This document shows positions 38,371 through 48,044 of a DNA stretch of 64,000 nucleotides, piece by piece (the first letter of the stretch is position 1; every line of letters starts with the position of its first letter). The stretch is from Paracoccus sp. (in: a-proteobacteria) (GTDB taxonomy: Bacteria; Pseudomonadota; Alphaproteobacteria; Rhodobacterales; Rhodobacteraceae). A program made the position numbers and the translations under genes. The stretch covers positions 13,678 through 77,677 of the forward strand of contig NZ_JAUNTN010000003.1 of NCBI RefSeq assembly GCF_030538695.1, written 5' to 3'. The notes beneath the pieces are model-generated. The model was given only the letters and a program-made list of their open reading frames with translations. It was not told where the DNA came from and ran no database searches.

Positions 38371-39828
38371 ATGAAACTGAACAACGCCAATCTGGCCGCG
38401 CTGGACGCCGCCACCCCAACCTATGACCGCGCCGCCCTGACCGGCGGGATCGTGCATTTCGGTCTGGGCAATTTTCACCGGGCGCATCAGGCGGTTTATC
38501 TGGACCGGCTGATGAACACCGGCAAGGGCCATGACTTTGCCATCATCGGCGCGGGCGTCATGCCGGGCGACGCGCGGATGCGCGATGCTCTGGCAGGGCA
38601 GGATTACCTTTACACCGTGGTCGAACAATCGGCGGATGCCTCGGACCCGCGCGTCATTGGCGCGATGGTGGATCATCTGCCCGCCGCCGACAGCGCCGCG
38701 ATTGTGGCTAAGCTGGCCGATCCCGCGATCCGCATCGCCAGCCTGACCATCACTGAGGGCGGCTATTTCATCGACGCCGCGACCGGGCACTTCGACCCCA
38801 CCCATCCGGCGATTGCCGCCGATGGGGCTTCGCCCGACGCACCCAAAACCGTGTTCGGGATGCTGGTCGCGGGCCTTGCCGCCCGCCGCACTGCTGGCAC
38901 CCCGCCCTTTACCGTCATGTGCTGCGACAACATCCCCCACAACGGCCTCGTCACGCGCGAGGCGGTGGTGGAAACCGCGCGCCTCTCTGACCCCGACCTT
39001 GCCGAGTGGATCGCCGCCAATGTCGCCTTTCCGAACGGCATGGTTGACCGCATCACCCCCGCGACGGGCGACCGCGAGCGCGCCCTGATCCGCGATATGG
39101 GAATTGACGACGCCGCCCCGGTCTTTGCCGAGGATTTCATCCAATGGGTGCTGGAGGATAACTTCCCCGCCGGTCGCCCCGCGCTGGAGGAGGTCGGCGT
39201 CGAGTTCGTCACCGACGTGACCCCGTGGGAGCTGATGAAGATCCGCATCCTGAACGGCGGCCATGCGATCATCGCCTATCCCTCGGGGCTGATGGACATT
39301 CATTTTGTCCATGAGGGGATGGAAAACGATCTGGTTCGCGCCTTTCTGGATAAGGTGGAAACCGAAGAAGTGATCCCGGTGGTGCCGCCGGTGCCGAACA
39401 CCGACCTGACCGCCTATTTTGAAAAGGTCAAGGAACGCTGCGCCAACCCGAAAATCGGTGACACGATCCGGCGGCTGTGTCTGGACGGGTCGAACCGCCA
39501 GCCCAAGTTCATCATCCCGACCATTGCTGACCGTCTGGCAAAGGGCCTGCCGGTGGATGGTCTGGCGCTGGAATCGGCGCTGTGGTGCCGCTATTGCGCC
39601 GGCACCACCGACAGCGGCACGGTGATTGAACCCAACGATCCGAATTGGGACCGGCTGACGGTGGCCGGTCAGGCCGCGCGGGAAAACCCCGAGGCATGGC
39701 TGGGCATGGCCGATATTTACGGCGCAACAGGCCGTGACCCGCGCTTTACTGAGCCCTTTGCCCGCTGGCTGGGGATGCTGTGGCGTGACGGGACCGAGGC
39801 GACCTTGCGCGCCTATCTGGGCCAATGA
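38371..39828 (+). CDS. mtlK: mannitol 2-dehydrogenase (long-chain mannitol dehydrogenase family)
   Basis: 485 aa; N-terminal IVHFGLGNFHRAHQA motif of the mannitol dehydrogenase family. Confidence 0.8.
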   Translation: MKLNNANLAALDAATPTYDRAALTGGIVHFGLGNFHRAHQAVYLDRLMNTGKGHDFAIIGAGVMPGDARMRDALAGQDYLYTVVEQSADASDPRVIGAMVDHLPAADSAAIVAKLADPAIRIASLTITEGGYFIDAATGHFDPTHPAIAADGASPDAPKTVFGMLVAGLAARRTAGTPPFTVMCCDNIPHNGLVTREAVVETARLSDPDLAEWIAANVAFPNGMVDRITPATGDRERALIRDMGIDDAAPVFAEDFIQWVLEDNFPAGRPALEEVGVEFVTDVTPWELMKIRILNGGHAIIAYPSGLMDIHFVHEGMENDLVRAFLDKVETEEVIPVVPPVPNTDLTAYFEKVKERCANPKIGDTIRRLCLDGSNRQPKFIIPTIADRLAKGLPVDGLALESALWCRYCAGTTDSGTVIEPNDPNWDRLTVAGQAARENPEAWLGMADIYGATGRDPRFTEPFARWLGMLWRDGTEATLRAYLGQ

Positions 39829-40484
39829 CGGCGCTGATTTTCGACTGTGACGGGGTGCTGGTGGACAGCGAACCTCTGTCGGTGGCCGAACTTGGCCTGA
39901 CCTTGCGTCAGGCCGGGGCGCCGGTCGCGGATGCGGAAATCTTTGATCGGATGATCGGGCGATCCATCGCCAGCATCGTGGCGCTGGTGCAGGCGGAACA
40001 TGGGGTCGATGCCTCGCCCTTGTTGCCCGATTATCGCGCCCGGCTGAAGGCGCGGTTCGATGCCGAGCTGCGCCCCGTTCCCGGCATTGCACAGGCGCTG
40101 ACAGGGCTGGATATGCCCCGCGCGGTGGCCTCGTCCTCGACGCCGGAAAGGCTGCAACATTGCCTGACGCTGACCGGGCTGTATGACTGTTTTGCGCCGC
40201 ATATCTATTCGGCAACCATGGTGCAGAACGGCAAACCCGCGCCGGATCTGTTCCTGCTGGCCGCCGAACGGCTTGGCGCGGCCCCCGCTGATTGCATCGT
40301 GGTCGAGGACAGCCTTGCCGGTGTCACCGCCGCCAAGGCCGCCGGGATGCGGGTCATCGGCTTTACCGGCGGCAGCCATGCGCAGGCCGCCCGCCTGCCC
40401 GAACGCTTGCCCGCGCTGCACCCGGATGCGATTATCGCGGATATGGGCGATCTGGCGCAGGCCGTGCGTGATATAGGGGGTTAA
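39825..40484 (+). CDS. HAD-superfamily hydrolase (beta-phosphoglucomutase-like)
   Basis: LIFDCDGVLVDSE motif I; 219 aa; overlaps the mtlK stop. Confidence 0.75.
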   Translation: MTALIFDCDGVLVDSEPLSVAELGLTLRQAGAPVADAEIFDRMIGRSIASIVALVQAEHGVDASPLLPDYRARLKARFDAELRPVPGIAQALTGLDMPRAVASSSTPERLQHCLTLTGLYDCFAPHIYSATMVQNGKPAPDLFLLAAERLGAAPADCIVVEDSLAGVTAAKAAGMRVIGFTGGSHAQAARLPERLPALHPDAIIADMGDLAQAVRDIGG

Positions 40485-40485
40485 T

Positions 40486-41913
40486 ATGTATCTGGGAATC
40501 GACCTCGGCACATCCGGGGTCAAGGTGCTGCTGATGGACGCGGACCAGCGCATCATCGCATCCGCAACCGCCGCGCTGACGGTGCAGCGCCCCCATTCCG
40601 GCTGGTCGGAACAGAACCCCGCCGACTGGATCAGCGCGACCCGTGCCGCTATGGCAGAACTGCGCGGTCAGCACGATCTGGGCGCGGTCGCCGGGATCGG
40701 CCTGTCCGGCCAGATGCACGGCGCGGTCACGTTGGATGCTGCCGATCAGGTGATCCGCCCGGCGATCCTGTGGAACGACACCCGCAGCCACGCGCAGGCA
40801 GCAACGCTGGACGCCGACCCCGATTTCCGCGCGATCAGCGGCAATATTGTCTTTCCGGGCTTTACCGCGCCGAAGCTGGTCTGGATGGCCGAAAACGAAC
40901 CGGACGCTTTTGCCCGCGTGGCCAAGGTGCTGCTGCCCAAGGATTACCTGCGCCTGTGGCTGACCGGCGAGCATGTCGCGGAAATGTCGGATGCGGCGGG
41001 GACAAGCTGGCTGGATACCGGCGCGCGGGAATGGTCGGACCGGCTGCTGGCGGCGTCAGGGATGCGCCGCGACCAGATGCCCACGCTGATCGAGGGTAAC
41101 GCGGTCTCCGGCACTCTTCGGGCGGAACTGGTCGCCGACTGGGGCATGTCGCCGGGCGTGGTCGTCGCGGGCGGTGCAGGCGATAACGCCGCCACCGCCA
41201 TCGGCGCGGGGACGGTTGCGGCGGGGCAGGGCTTTGTCAGCCTTGGCACCTCGGGCGTGCTGTTTGCCGCGACCGACCGTTACCTGCCGCGCCCCGAAAG
41301 CGCCGTTCACGCCTTTTGCCACGCCTTGCCCGGCATGTGGCACCAGATGGGCGTGATCCTGTCGGCATCCGCCGCGATGGAATGGTTCGCCACCATCACC
41401 GGCGCGCGCCCGGCGGATCTGACGGCGGCACTTGGCCCGCTGCAAGCGCCGGGGCCGGTGACGTTCCTGCCCTATCTGTCGGGCGAACGCACGCCGCATA
41501 ACGATGCCGGCATCCGCGCCAGCTTTCACGGGCTGTCCGCACGCAGCGACCGTGCCGCCCTGACCCGCGCCGTGCTGGAAGGCGTCGCTTTTGCGCTGGC
41601 CGATAACCTCGACGCGCTGCGGGCGGCGGGGTCTGATCCACAGGCACTGTTGGCGCTTGGCGGCGGGGCGCGGTCGGATTACTGGCTGGTGGCGATTGCC
41701 ACCGCGCTGGATATTCCGGTTCTGGTTCCCGAAAGCGGCGATTTCGGCGCGGCATTCGGCGCGGCGCGGCTGGGGCTGATGGCGGCCACCGGGGCGGACC
41801 CGGCGCAGGTCTGCACCCCGCCCAGGATCGCTGCCGAGATCACGCCCGATCCCGCCCTGCGCCCGGCCTTTGCCGAGGCTCTGGGACGTTTTCGTGGTCT
41901 TTATCGCGCATAA
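40486..41913 (+). CDS. xylB: xylulokinase (FGGY carbohydrate kinase)
   Basis: 475 aa; MYLGIDLGTSGVKV N-terminus; FGGY family. Confidence 0.8.
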   Translation: MYLGIDLGTSGVKVLLMDADQRIIASATAALTVQRPHSGWSEQNPADWISATRAAMAELRGQHDLGAVAGIGLSGQMHGAVTLDAADQVIRPAILWNDTRSHAQAATLDADPDFRAISGNIVFPGFTAPKLVWMAENEPDAFARVAKVLLPKDYLRLWLTGEHVAEMSDAAGTSWLDTGAREWSDRLLAASGMRRDQMPTLIEGNAVSGTLRAELVADWGMSPGVVVAGGAGDNAATAIGAGTVAAGQGFVSLGTSGVLFAATDRYLPRPESAVHAFCHALPGMWHQMGVILSASAAMEWFATITGARPADLTAALGPLQAPGPVTFLPYLSGERTPHNDAGIRASFHGLSARSDRAALTRAVLEGVAFALADNLDALRAAGSDPQALLALGGGARSDYWLVAIATALDIPVLVPESGDFGAAFGAARLGLMAATGADPAQVCTPPRIAAEITPDPALRPAFAEALGRFRGLYRA

Positions 41914-41914
41914 T

Positions 41915-41945
41915 ATCTTTTGTCCTCAAATATCCCCGCCGGAGG
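41915..41945. repeat. half copy (right half) of the palindromic repeat element, copy C
   Basis: atcttttgtcctcaaatatccccgccggagg matches copy A positions 16303-16333 with 1 mismatch; starts 2 nt after the xylB stop. Confidence 0.75.
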
Positions 41946-41988
41946 CTCCTGCCCGCGCAGCAGGGCGATGGGTGGGGGAAAGGGTGCC

Positions 41989-42939
41989 ATGCCACGCCAA
42001 AGCGCCAGCAAGCCCGGTCTGACCCTGCGCCAGATCGAGGTGATCCGCGCCGTGATGATGACCGGCACCATTGCCGGGGCCGCGCGGATGCTTGGGGTCA
42101 GCGCGCCGGGGATCAGCCGCCTTGTGCGCCATACCGAGGAATCGCTGAAACTGCGTCTGTTCGAGCGGCGCGGCGGCGTCTTTGTTCCCGCGATCGAGGC
42201 CGGGGTGATTTTCGACCAGATTGCCCGTGTTTACGGTGGCGTCGAAACTCTGAACCGGGCCGTGGACAGTTTGCGGCGGGGCGAGGCGGTGGATCTGGCC
42301 TTTGCCTCGGCCCCGTCCATCGCGCAATTCATCGCCGCCCGCGCGTTGCGGCAGGTGCGCAACCGCTTTCCCGACCTGTTCATCGACCTCAACATCCTGA
42401 AGATCGAGGAAACGCTGGATTATCTGATGCTGGAGCGGGGCGAGTTCGTGATGATGTCTGCCGCGTTGGACAGCCCCGCTGTGACCAGCACCCTGACCGC
42501 CGAAGGCAGTCTGGTGGCTATCGTCCCCGAAGGTCATGTGCTGGCCGCGGAGCGTCGGGTCTCTGTCCGCGATCTGGCGCGGTTTCCGATGATCGGCGTG
42601 GACCCGTCCGATCCTTACGGCGCGATTCTGGCACGCCCGCTGATTCAGGCCGGGTTGCCGGTTGATTATGCCATGCAGGGGCGTTTCGCGCAGACCGTCG
42701 TCAGCCTTGTGCGCCATGATCTTGGCGTGGCCATCATTGACGAGTTCTCCGTGGCCGAAGTTTATATGCCGGGCGTTGTCCGGGTGCCGCTGGATGTAGA
42801 TATTACACTGCAAATCCATACCGTTACCAAGACGGGGCGGGTGCTTTCCAGCTTTGCTGAATATGCGATCAGCCAGTTCGGAAGCGAGCTGCGCCGCGCC
42901 ACCGAAACGCGGCCGTGGGAATTGCGCAAAGGGACATGA
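41989..42939 (+). CDS. LysR-family transcriptional regulator
   Basis: N-terminal HTH LTLRQIEVIRAVMMTGTIAGAARMLGVSAPGISRLVRHTE; ~316 aa; start ambiguous (41920, 41968 or 41989). Confidence 0.75.
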   Translation: MPRQSASKPGLTLRQIEVIRAVMMTGTIAGAARMLGVSAPGISRLVRHTEESLKLRLFERRGGVFVPAIEAGVIFDQIARVYGGVETLNRAVDSLRRGEAVDLAFASAPSIAQFIAARALRQVRNRFPDLFIDLNILKIEETLDYLMLERGEFVMMSAALDSPAVTSTLTAEGSLVAIVPEGHVLAAERRVSVRDLARFPMIGVDPSDPYGAILARPLIQAGLPVDYAMQGRFAQTVVSLVRHDLGVAIIDEFSVAEVYMPGVVRVPLDVDITLQIHTVTKTGRVLSSFAEYAISQFGSELRRATETRPWELRKGT

Positions 42940-43061
42940 TCCACCGTGATATTAACATGATGTTAATGCCGCAGTCATAATTATATTTGCGGTTTTACTT
43001 GGGCTGCGGTCAGATTATGCCCGAAGGGTCCGTAACTTTCTGACCCCAAGGGAGGAATATT

Positions 43062-44054
43062 TTGAAACATCTGCTGATCGGCGGCCTGACCGCCGCAATC
43101 TTTGCCCTGCCGGTTGCCGCGCAGGATTATCCCGCCAAAGAGATTCAGGGTGTGATCCAATGGGGCGCGGGCGGTTCGACTGATGTGGTCATGCGCACCG
43201 TCACGCCCCATGCGGAACGTATCCTTGGTCAAAAGGTCGTCATGCGTAACATGACTGGCGGCGTCGGCGCGATTGCGACCAAGTTTGTCGCGGCGCAGAA
43301 AGACGATGGCTACACCCTGCTGATGGGGGCCGAAAACCCGCTGCTTTACAAGGTGATGGGCCTTGGTGACGTGGATTATTCGGATTACGAAACCGTCAAT
43401 ATCCTTGCCCGTGGTGTGCCGATTCTGGTCGCCCGCAACGACGCGCCGTTCAACACTCTGCCGGAAATGCTGGCCTATATTCAGGCCAATCCGGGCGCGG
43501 TGAAGTTCGGCTCGACCGGGCCGGGCGGGCTGGCTTCGGTCGTTACCGCCATGCTGCAATCCAGGCATGATCTGAACGTCACCGCGGTTCCCTATGACGG
43601 CGACGGCCCGGCGCTGACCGCGCTGCAAGGCGGGGCGATCGACGTGATGCCTGCCGTGCTGGGTGCGGCCATCGAATCAATCAAGGGCGGCCGGATGAAG
43701 GCCATCGCGCTGGTGGATAAGGACCGTGCCGAGGCGCTGCCCGATCTGGCGACGATTTCGGAAACCAACCCGGAATATGACCAATACCTGCCCTGGGGTC
43801 CGTTCTTTGGCGTGTTTGTCAAGAAAGGCACCCCGGATGAGGCTGTGGCCAAGCTGGTTGACGCCTATGCCGAGGGCGCGAAAAGCGACGATTTCGTCAA
43901 TCTGATGAACGAGCGCGGCTATATCATCGAAAGCCTGTCGGGCGAACCGGCGCAGCAGTTCCTGAACGGCTGGCAGTCCACGACCGCCTGGCTGTTGCAG
44001 GATGCCGGGCTGGCGAAAGTGTCGCCCGAGGAGCTGGGTATCCCCAAGCCGTAA
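43062..44054 (+). CDS. tctC: tripartite tricarboxylate transporter substrate-binding protein (Bug/TctC family)
   Basis: Signal peptide; 330 aa TctC-family fold sequence. Confidence 0.8.
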   Translation: MKHLLIGGLTAAIFALPVAAQDYPAKEIQGVIQWGAGGSTDVVMRTVTPHAERILGQKVVMRNMTGGVGAIATKFVAAQKDDGYTLLMGAENPLLYKVMGLGDVDYSDYETVNILARGVPILVARNDAPFNTLPEMLAYIQANPGAVKFGSTGPGGLASVVTAMLQSRHDLNVTAVPYDGDGPALTALQGGAIDVMPAVLGAAIESIKGGRMKAIALVDKDRAEALPDLATISETNPEYDQYLPWGPFFGVFVKKGTPDEAVAKLVDAYAEGAKSDDFVNLMNERGYIIESLSGEPAQQFLNGWQSTTAWLLQDAGLAKVSPEELGIPKP

Positions 44055-44061
44055 CGCCTGT

Positions 44062-44093
44062 GCCGCGCCCCTGACCGGGCGCGGCTTTTCTCT
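44062..44093 (+). terminator. intra-operon stem-loop after tctC
   Basis: gccgcgccc-CTGACC-gggcgcggc followed by TTTTCTCT; same loop as the smoE hairpin, with compensatory stem changes. Confidence 0.5.
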
Positions 44094-44111
44094 GATCGCC
44101 GGAACCATCCC

Positions 44112-44612
44112 ATGCAACACCATCGTAACCAGCGCAGCGCGGGCGAGTTAGTCTTTAACGCTCTGCTGTTTCTTGCCAGCCTGTTCCTGCTCTGGACGGC
44201 CTATAATATCTCGGGTTTTTCGTCGCTGTCCTCGCCCGGCACGCTGCCGATGGCACTGACCTTTGCGATGGTTGTCACCTCAGGGATGATCCTGCGCAAT
44301 ACGCTGCAAAGCCCGCGAGACGGCAGCAGCTTCTTCACCGATATTCTGCCCGCGCGGGTGGTGATTCTGACGGTGCTGATCGCCGCCTATGCTGTGCTGG
44401 TCGTGCCGCTTGGGTTCCTGCCGACCTCGCTGGCATTCCTGTTCCTGTCGATCCTCTACCTGCGCCGTGGCGGCGTGTTGTCGGCCTTTGGGCTGGCGGT
44501 GCTGAGCCTTGCGGTGGTTTACGTTGTTTTCCGGCTGATCTTCTCGGTTCTGCTGCCTGCGGGCATCGTTCCCGAGGGTGAGATTCTGGCCGCGATCCGG
44601 GGGCTGTTCTGA
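44112..44612 (+). CDS. tctB: tripartite tricarboxylate transporter small membrane subunit
   Basis: 166 aa, 4 TM; between tctC and tctA. Confidence 0.75.
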   Translation: MQHHRNQRSAGELVFNALLFLASLFLLWTAYNISGFSSLSSPGTLPMALTFAMVVTSGMILRNTLQSPRDGSSFFTDILPARVVILTVLIAAYAVLVVPLGFLPTSLAFLFLSILYLRRGGVLSAFGLAVLSLAVVYVVFRLIFSVLLPAGIVPEGEILAAIRGLF

Positions 44613-46144
44613 TGGATGCTCTGAGCTATTTCCTGATCCCGTGGCTGGATCTGAAACTGTTGTTTCTGGTCGCGGCGGGGACATTCGCCGGGGTCTATGT
44701 CGGTGCCATTCCGGGCCTGTCGGTCACGATGGCGGTGTCGATCCTGATTGGCTTTACCTTTACCTGGGACGTGTATTCGGCACTCAGCCTGATGGTCGGC
44801 ATCTTTATGGGCGGAGTCTATGGCGGGTCGCGCACGGCGATTTTGCTGAACATTCCCGGTTCGCCCTCGTCCATTGCCACGGCGATGGACGGCTATCCGC
44901 TGGCTCAGAGGGGCGAAGCGGGCGAGGCCATCGGCCTGTCCACCGTCATGTCCTTTGTTGGTGGTTTCGTCGGCATCTTTGTGCTGGCCGTCGCCGCCCC
45001 TGCACTCAGCGATTTTGCGCTGTCCTTTCAGCCGCGCGATTTCATGCTGATCGCCATTCTGGGTGTGCTGCTGGTCGGCTCGCTCTCGGGTGAAAGCCTG
45101 TTGAAAGGTATCTTCGCCGGGGCCTTCGGCCTGATGCTTGGCACCGTCGGTATGGACCCGCTGACCGCGCAGGAGCGGTTCACCTTTGGCATCACCGACC
45201 TGTGGGGCGGGATCAGCTTTATCGCGGTGATGATCGGTATGTTCGGTCTGTCTGAGGCGCTGATGCAGTTGCACCATATCGACGCGGTTGCCGTGCGGCA
45301 AAAGATCAACCGTATCGTGCCGCAATGGGCCTCGATCCGCAAATATCTGCCGCTGTCGATGCAGACCTCGGGGATTGGCGTTGTGGTCGGTGCGCTGCCG
45401 GGAACGGGCGGGGATGTGGCCGCGCTGATGGCCTATGACCATGCCAAGCGCATCACCCGCAATCCCGAAGTGCCGTTTGGCAAAGGCGCCAAGGAAGGGC
45501 TGGTCGCACCCGAAACCGCCAATAACGCCGCCGTTGGCGGGGCTTTTATCCCGATGCTGACACTGGGGATTCCGGGCGATGCGGTGACGGCCATTATGAT
45601 CGGGGCGCTGTTCATCCACGGGCTGAACCCCGGCCCGATGCTGATGATCGAACAGCCCTCGATGTTCTGGTTCATCGTCGGCTCGCTGGTGCTGGCTAAT
45701 ATCTTCATGCTGATCTTTGGCCTCACCGGGATCAAGCTGTTCACCAAGATTGTGGAAATGCCCCGCTCGGTGCTGATCCCGCTGATCTTCCTTTTGTCCA
45801 TCGTCGGTGCCTATGCGGTGAACAGCTCGATCACCGATGTGTATTGGATGCTTGGCTTTGGTGTCTTGGGCTATTTCATGCGCAGCTATGGGTTCCAGCT
45901 TGGGCCGGTGATTCTGGGGGTGATCCTGTCACGCCTGCTGGACGAGAACTGGCGGCGGGCGATTATTTCCGAACAGGAAAGCTTGCCGGCGTTGTTCAAA
46001 GGTATCCTGACCAGCCCGCTGTCTTTGGTGCTGTTCCTGATGGTGTTGGCGATCTTCCTCAGCCAGACGCCGATCTGGAAACGCTGGCAGAAACGGTTGG
46101 GGCTGGTGCCGCTGACCGATGAAGACAAGCTGAACCGGGGGTAA
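44612..46144 (+). CDS. tctA: tripartite tricarboxylate transporter large membrane subunit
   Basis: 510 aa polytopic TctA family. Confidence 0.8.
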   Translation: MDALSYFLIPWLDLKLLFLVAAGTFAGVYVGAIPGLSVTMAVSILIGFTFTWDVYSALSLMVGIFMGGVYGGSRTAILLNIPGSPSSIATAMDGYPLAQRGEAGEAIGLSTVMSFVGGFVGIFVLAVAAPALSDFALSFQPRDFMLIAILGVLLVGSLSGESLLKGIFAGAFGLMLGTVGMDPLTAQERFTFGITDLWGGISFIAVMIGMFGLSEALMQLHHIDAVAVRQKINRIVPQWASIRKYLPLSMQTSGIGVVVGALPGTGGDVAALMAYDHAKRITRNPEVPFGKGAKEGLVAPETANNAAVGGAFIPMLTLGIPGDAVTAIMIGALFIHGLNPGPMLMIEQPSMFWFIVGSLVLANIFMLIFGLTGIKLFTKIVEMPRSVLIPLIFLLSIVGAYAVNSSITDVYWMLGFGVLGYFMRSYGFQLGPVILGVILSRLLDENWRRAIISEQESLPALFKGILTSPLSLVLFLMVLAIFLSQTPIWKRWQKRLGLVPLTDEDKLNRG

Positions 46145-46147
46145 GCC

Positions 46148-48037
46148 ATGAAAACCGCCATTGCCACCGTATCCATCGCCGGGACGCTGCGGGAAAAGTT
46201 CCGCGCCATCGCGACGGCTGGTTTCGACGGGGTGGAAATCTTTGAACAGGATTTCCTGCGCGACGCCGCATCCCCGGCCGAGGCGGGGGCAATGGCCCGC
46301 GATCACGGGCTGGAGGTGATGCTGTTCCAGCCCTTCCGCGACTTCGAGGGGCTGCCCGGCGATCTGCGGCGGCAGGCATTTGACCGGGCGCGGCACAAAT
46401 TCGACCTGATGGCCGGGATGGGTGCGCCCCTGATGCTGATTTGTTCATCGCTGCACCCTGCGGCGATGGGCGGCATCGACCGCGCCGCCGATGATCTGGC
46501 CGAGCTGGCGGGCATTGCGGCAGAACGCGGGCTGAAGATTGGCTATGAGGCGCTGGCATGGGGCCGCCATGTCAACGACCACCGCGACGCATGGGAAATC
46601 GTGCGCCGCGCCGATCACCCGAACCTTGGGCTGATTCTGGACAGCTTTCATACCCTGTCCCGCAAGATCGACCCTGACACCATCCGCCGTATCCCCGGCG
46701 ACAAAATCTTTTTCGTGCAGCTTGCCGATGCGCCGCTGATCGACATGGACCTTTTGTATTGGTCGCGCCATTTCCGCAACATGCCGGGCGAGGGCGACCT
46801 GCCCGTGGTTGATTTCATGCGGGCGGTGGCGGCGACGGGCTATGCTGGCCCGCTGTCGCTGGAAATCTTTAACGACCAGTTTCGCGGCGGCAGCCCCGAG
46901 GGAATCGCGCGTGACGGCCACCGCAGCCTGATCTGGCTGGCGGATCAGACCCGCCGGGCGGAACCGGGCCTGCTGCCTGACACCCCAGCCTTGCCACCGA
47001 ATATCCCCGCGCAAGGGTTCGAGTTCATCGAGTTCGCCGCCAATGATGCGGATGCGAAGATGCTGGCCGCATCACTGCACAGCATGGGTTTCCGGCACAC
47101 GCTGGAGCATAAGAACAAGCGCGTCAGCGTTTGGCAGCAAGGCGATATTCGCATCATCGTGAACACCGAGCAGACCGGATTCGCGCAGAGCTTTTACCTG
47201 AATCACGGCACCGGCGTTTGCGATATTGGCCTGCGTGTGCAGGATGCGGGGGCCACTATCACCCGCGCCCGTGCATTGGACGCCAAGCCCTTTGACCAGC
47301 CCGTTGGGCCGGGAGAGCTGGACATTCCCGCCATTCGCGGCGTTGGCGGCTCGGTCCTGCATTTCATCGACCGGCAAAGCGGCCTTGCAGATGTCTGGCA
47401 GGTTGAGTTCGACCCGACCGGCGCTCCTGCCAATGATTTCGGCCTGACTCGCGTGGACCATCTGGCCGAGACCATGCCCTATGATGAAATGCTGTCATGG
47501 TCGCTGTTCTATACCTCGATCTTTGACATGGGGCGGCACCCGATGATCGACGTGGCCGACCCGGACGGGCTGGTGCGCTCGCAGGCGCTGGAATCGCCGG
47601 ACGGGCAGACGCGGATTACCCTGAACGGTGCGGAATCGCACCGGACGCTGGCAGGCAAGTTTTTGTCGGAATCCATGGGGTCCACGGTGCAGCATATCGC
47701 GCTGGAAAGCCGCGACCTTTTGGCCAGCGCCGTGCAGATGCAGGCGGCGGGGTTCCAGCCGTTGCCGATCCCGGAAAACTATTACGCCGATCTTCAGGCG
47801 CGTTTCGGGCTGGACCCGGCACTGCTGGCGGCGCTGAAATCGCATAATATCCTGTATGACCGCGACGAGGACGGGGGCGAGTTCTTCCAGCTTTACGGCC
47901 AGCCGCTGCTTGGCGGGATGTTCTTTGAAATCGTCCAACGCAAAGGCGGCTATAACGGCTATGGGGCCTATAACGCGCCGTTCCGCATTGCCGCACTGAA
48001 ACGGCTGATGGGCGGCCGCGCTATTCCAAGGGTATGA
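46148..48037 (+). CDS. 3-dehydroshikimate dehydratase-like fusion (sugar-phosphate isomerase/epimerase TIM barrel + C-terminal HPPD/VOC-like domain; QuiC1-type)
   Basis: 629 aa; N-terminal xylose-isomerase-like TIM domain, C-terminal 4-hydroxyphenylpyruvate-dioxygenase-like domain; next gene is a shikimate/quinate dehydrogenase. Confidence 0.65.
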   Translation: MKTAIATVSIAGTLREKFRAIATAGFDGVEIFEQDFLRDAASPAEAGAMARDHGLEVMLFQPFRDFEGLPGDLRRQAFDRARHKFDLMAGMGAPLMLICSSLHPAAMGGIDRAADDLAELAGIAAERGLKIGYEALAWGRHVNDHRDAWEIVRRADHPNLGLILDSFHTLSRKIDPDTIRRIPGDKIFFVQLADAPLIDMDLLYWSRHFRNMPGEGDLPVVDFMRAVAATGYAGPLSLEIFNDQFRGGSPEGIARDGHRSLIWLADQTRRAEPGLLPDTPALPPNIPAQGFEFIEFAANDADAKMLAASLHSMGFRHTLEHKNKRVSVWQQGDIRIIVNTEQTGFAQSFYLNHGTGVCDIGLRVQDAGATITRARALDAKPFDQPVGPGELDIPAIRGVGGSVLHFIDRQSGLADVWQVEFDPTGAPANDFGLTRVDHLAETMPYDEMLSWSLFYTSIFDMGRHPMIDVADPDGLVRSQALESPDGQTRITLNGAESHRTLAGKFLSESMGSTVQHIALESRDLLASAVQMQAAGFQPLPIPENYYADLQARFGLDPALLAALKSHNILYDRDEDGGEFFQLYGQPLLGGMFFEIVQRKGGYNGYGAYNAPFRIAALKRLMGGRAIPRV

Positions 48038-48044
48038 TTTTCCA

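Noticed and set aside
42920-42940. Shared 14-mer ttgcgcaaagggac at 34871-34884 and 42923-42936
   Set aside because: Two occurrences of a short GC-rich word. No flanking similarity. Judged coincidental.
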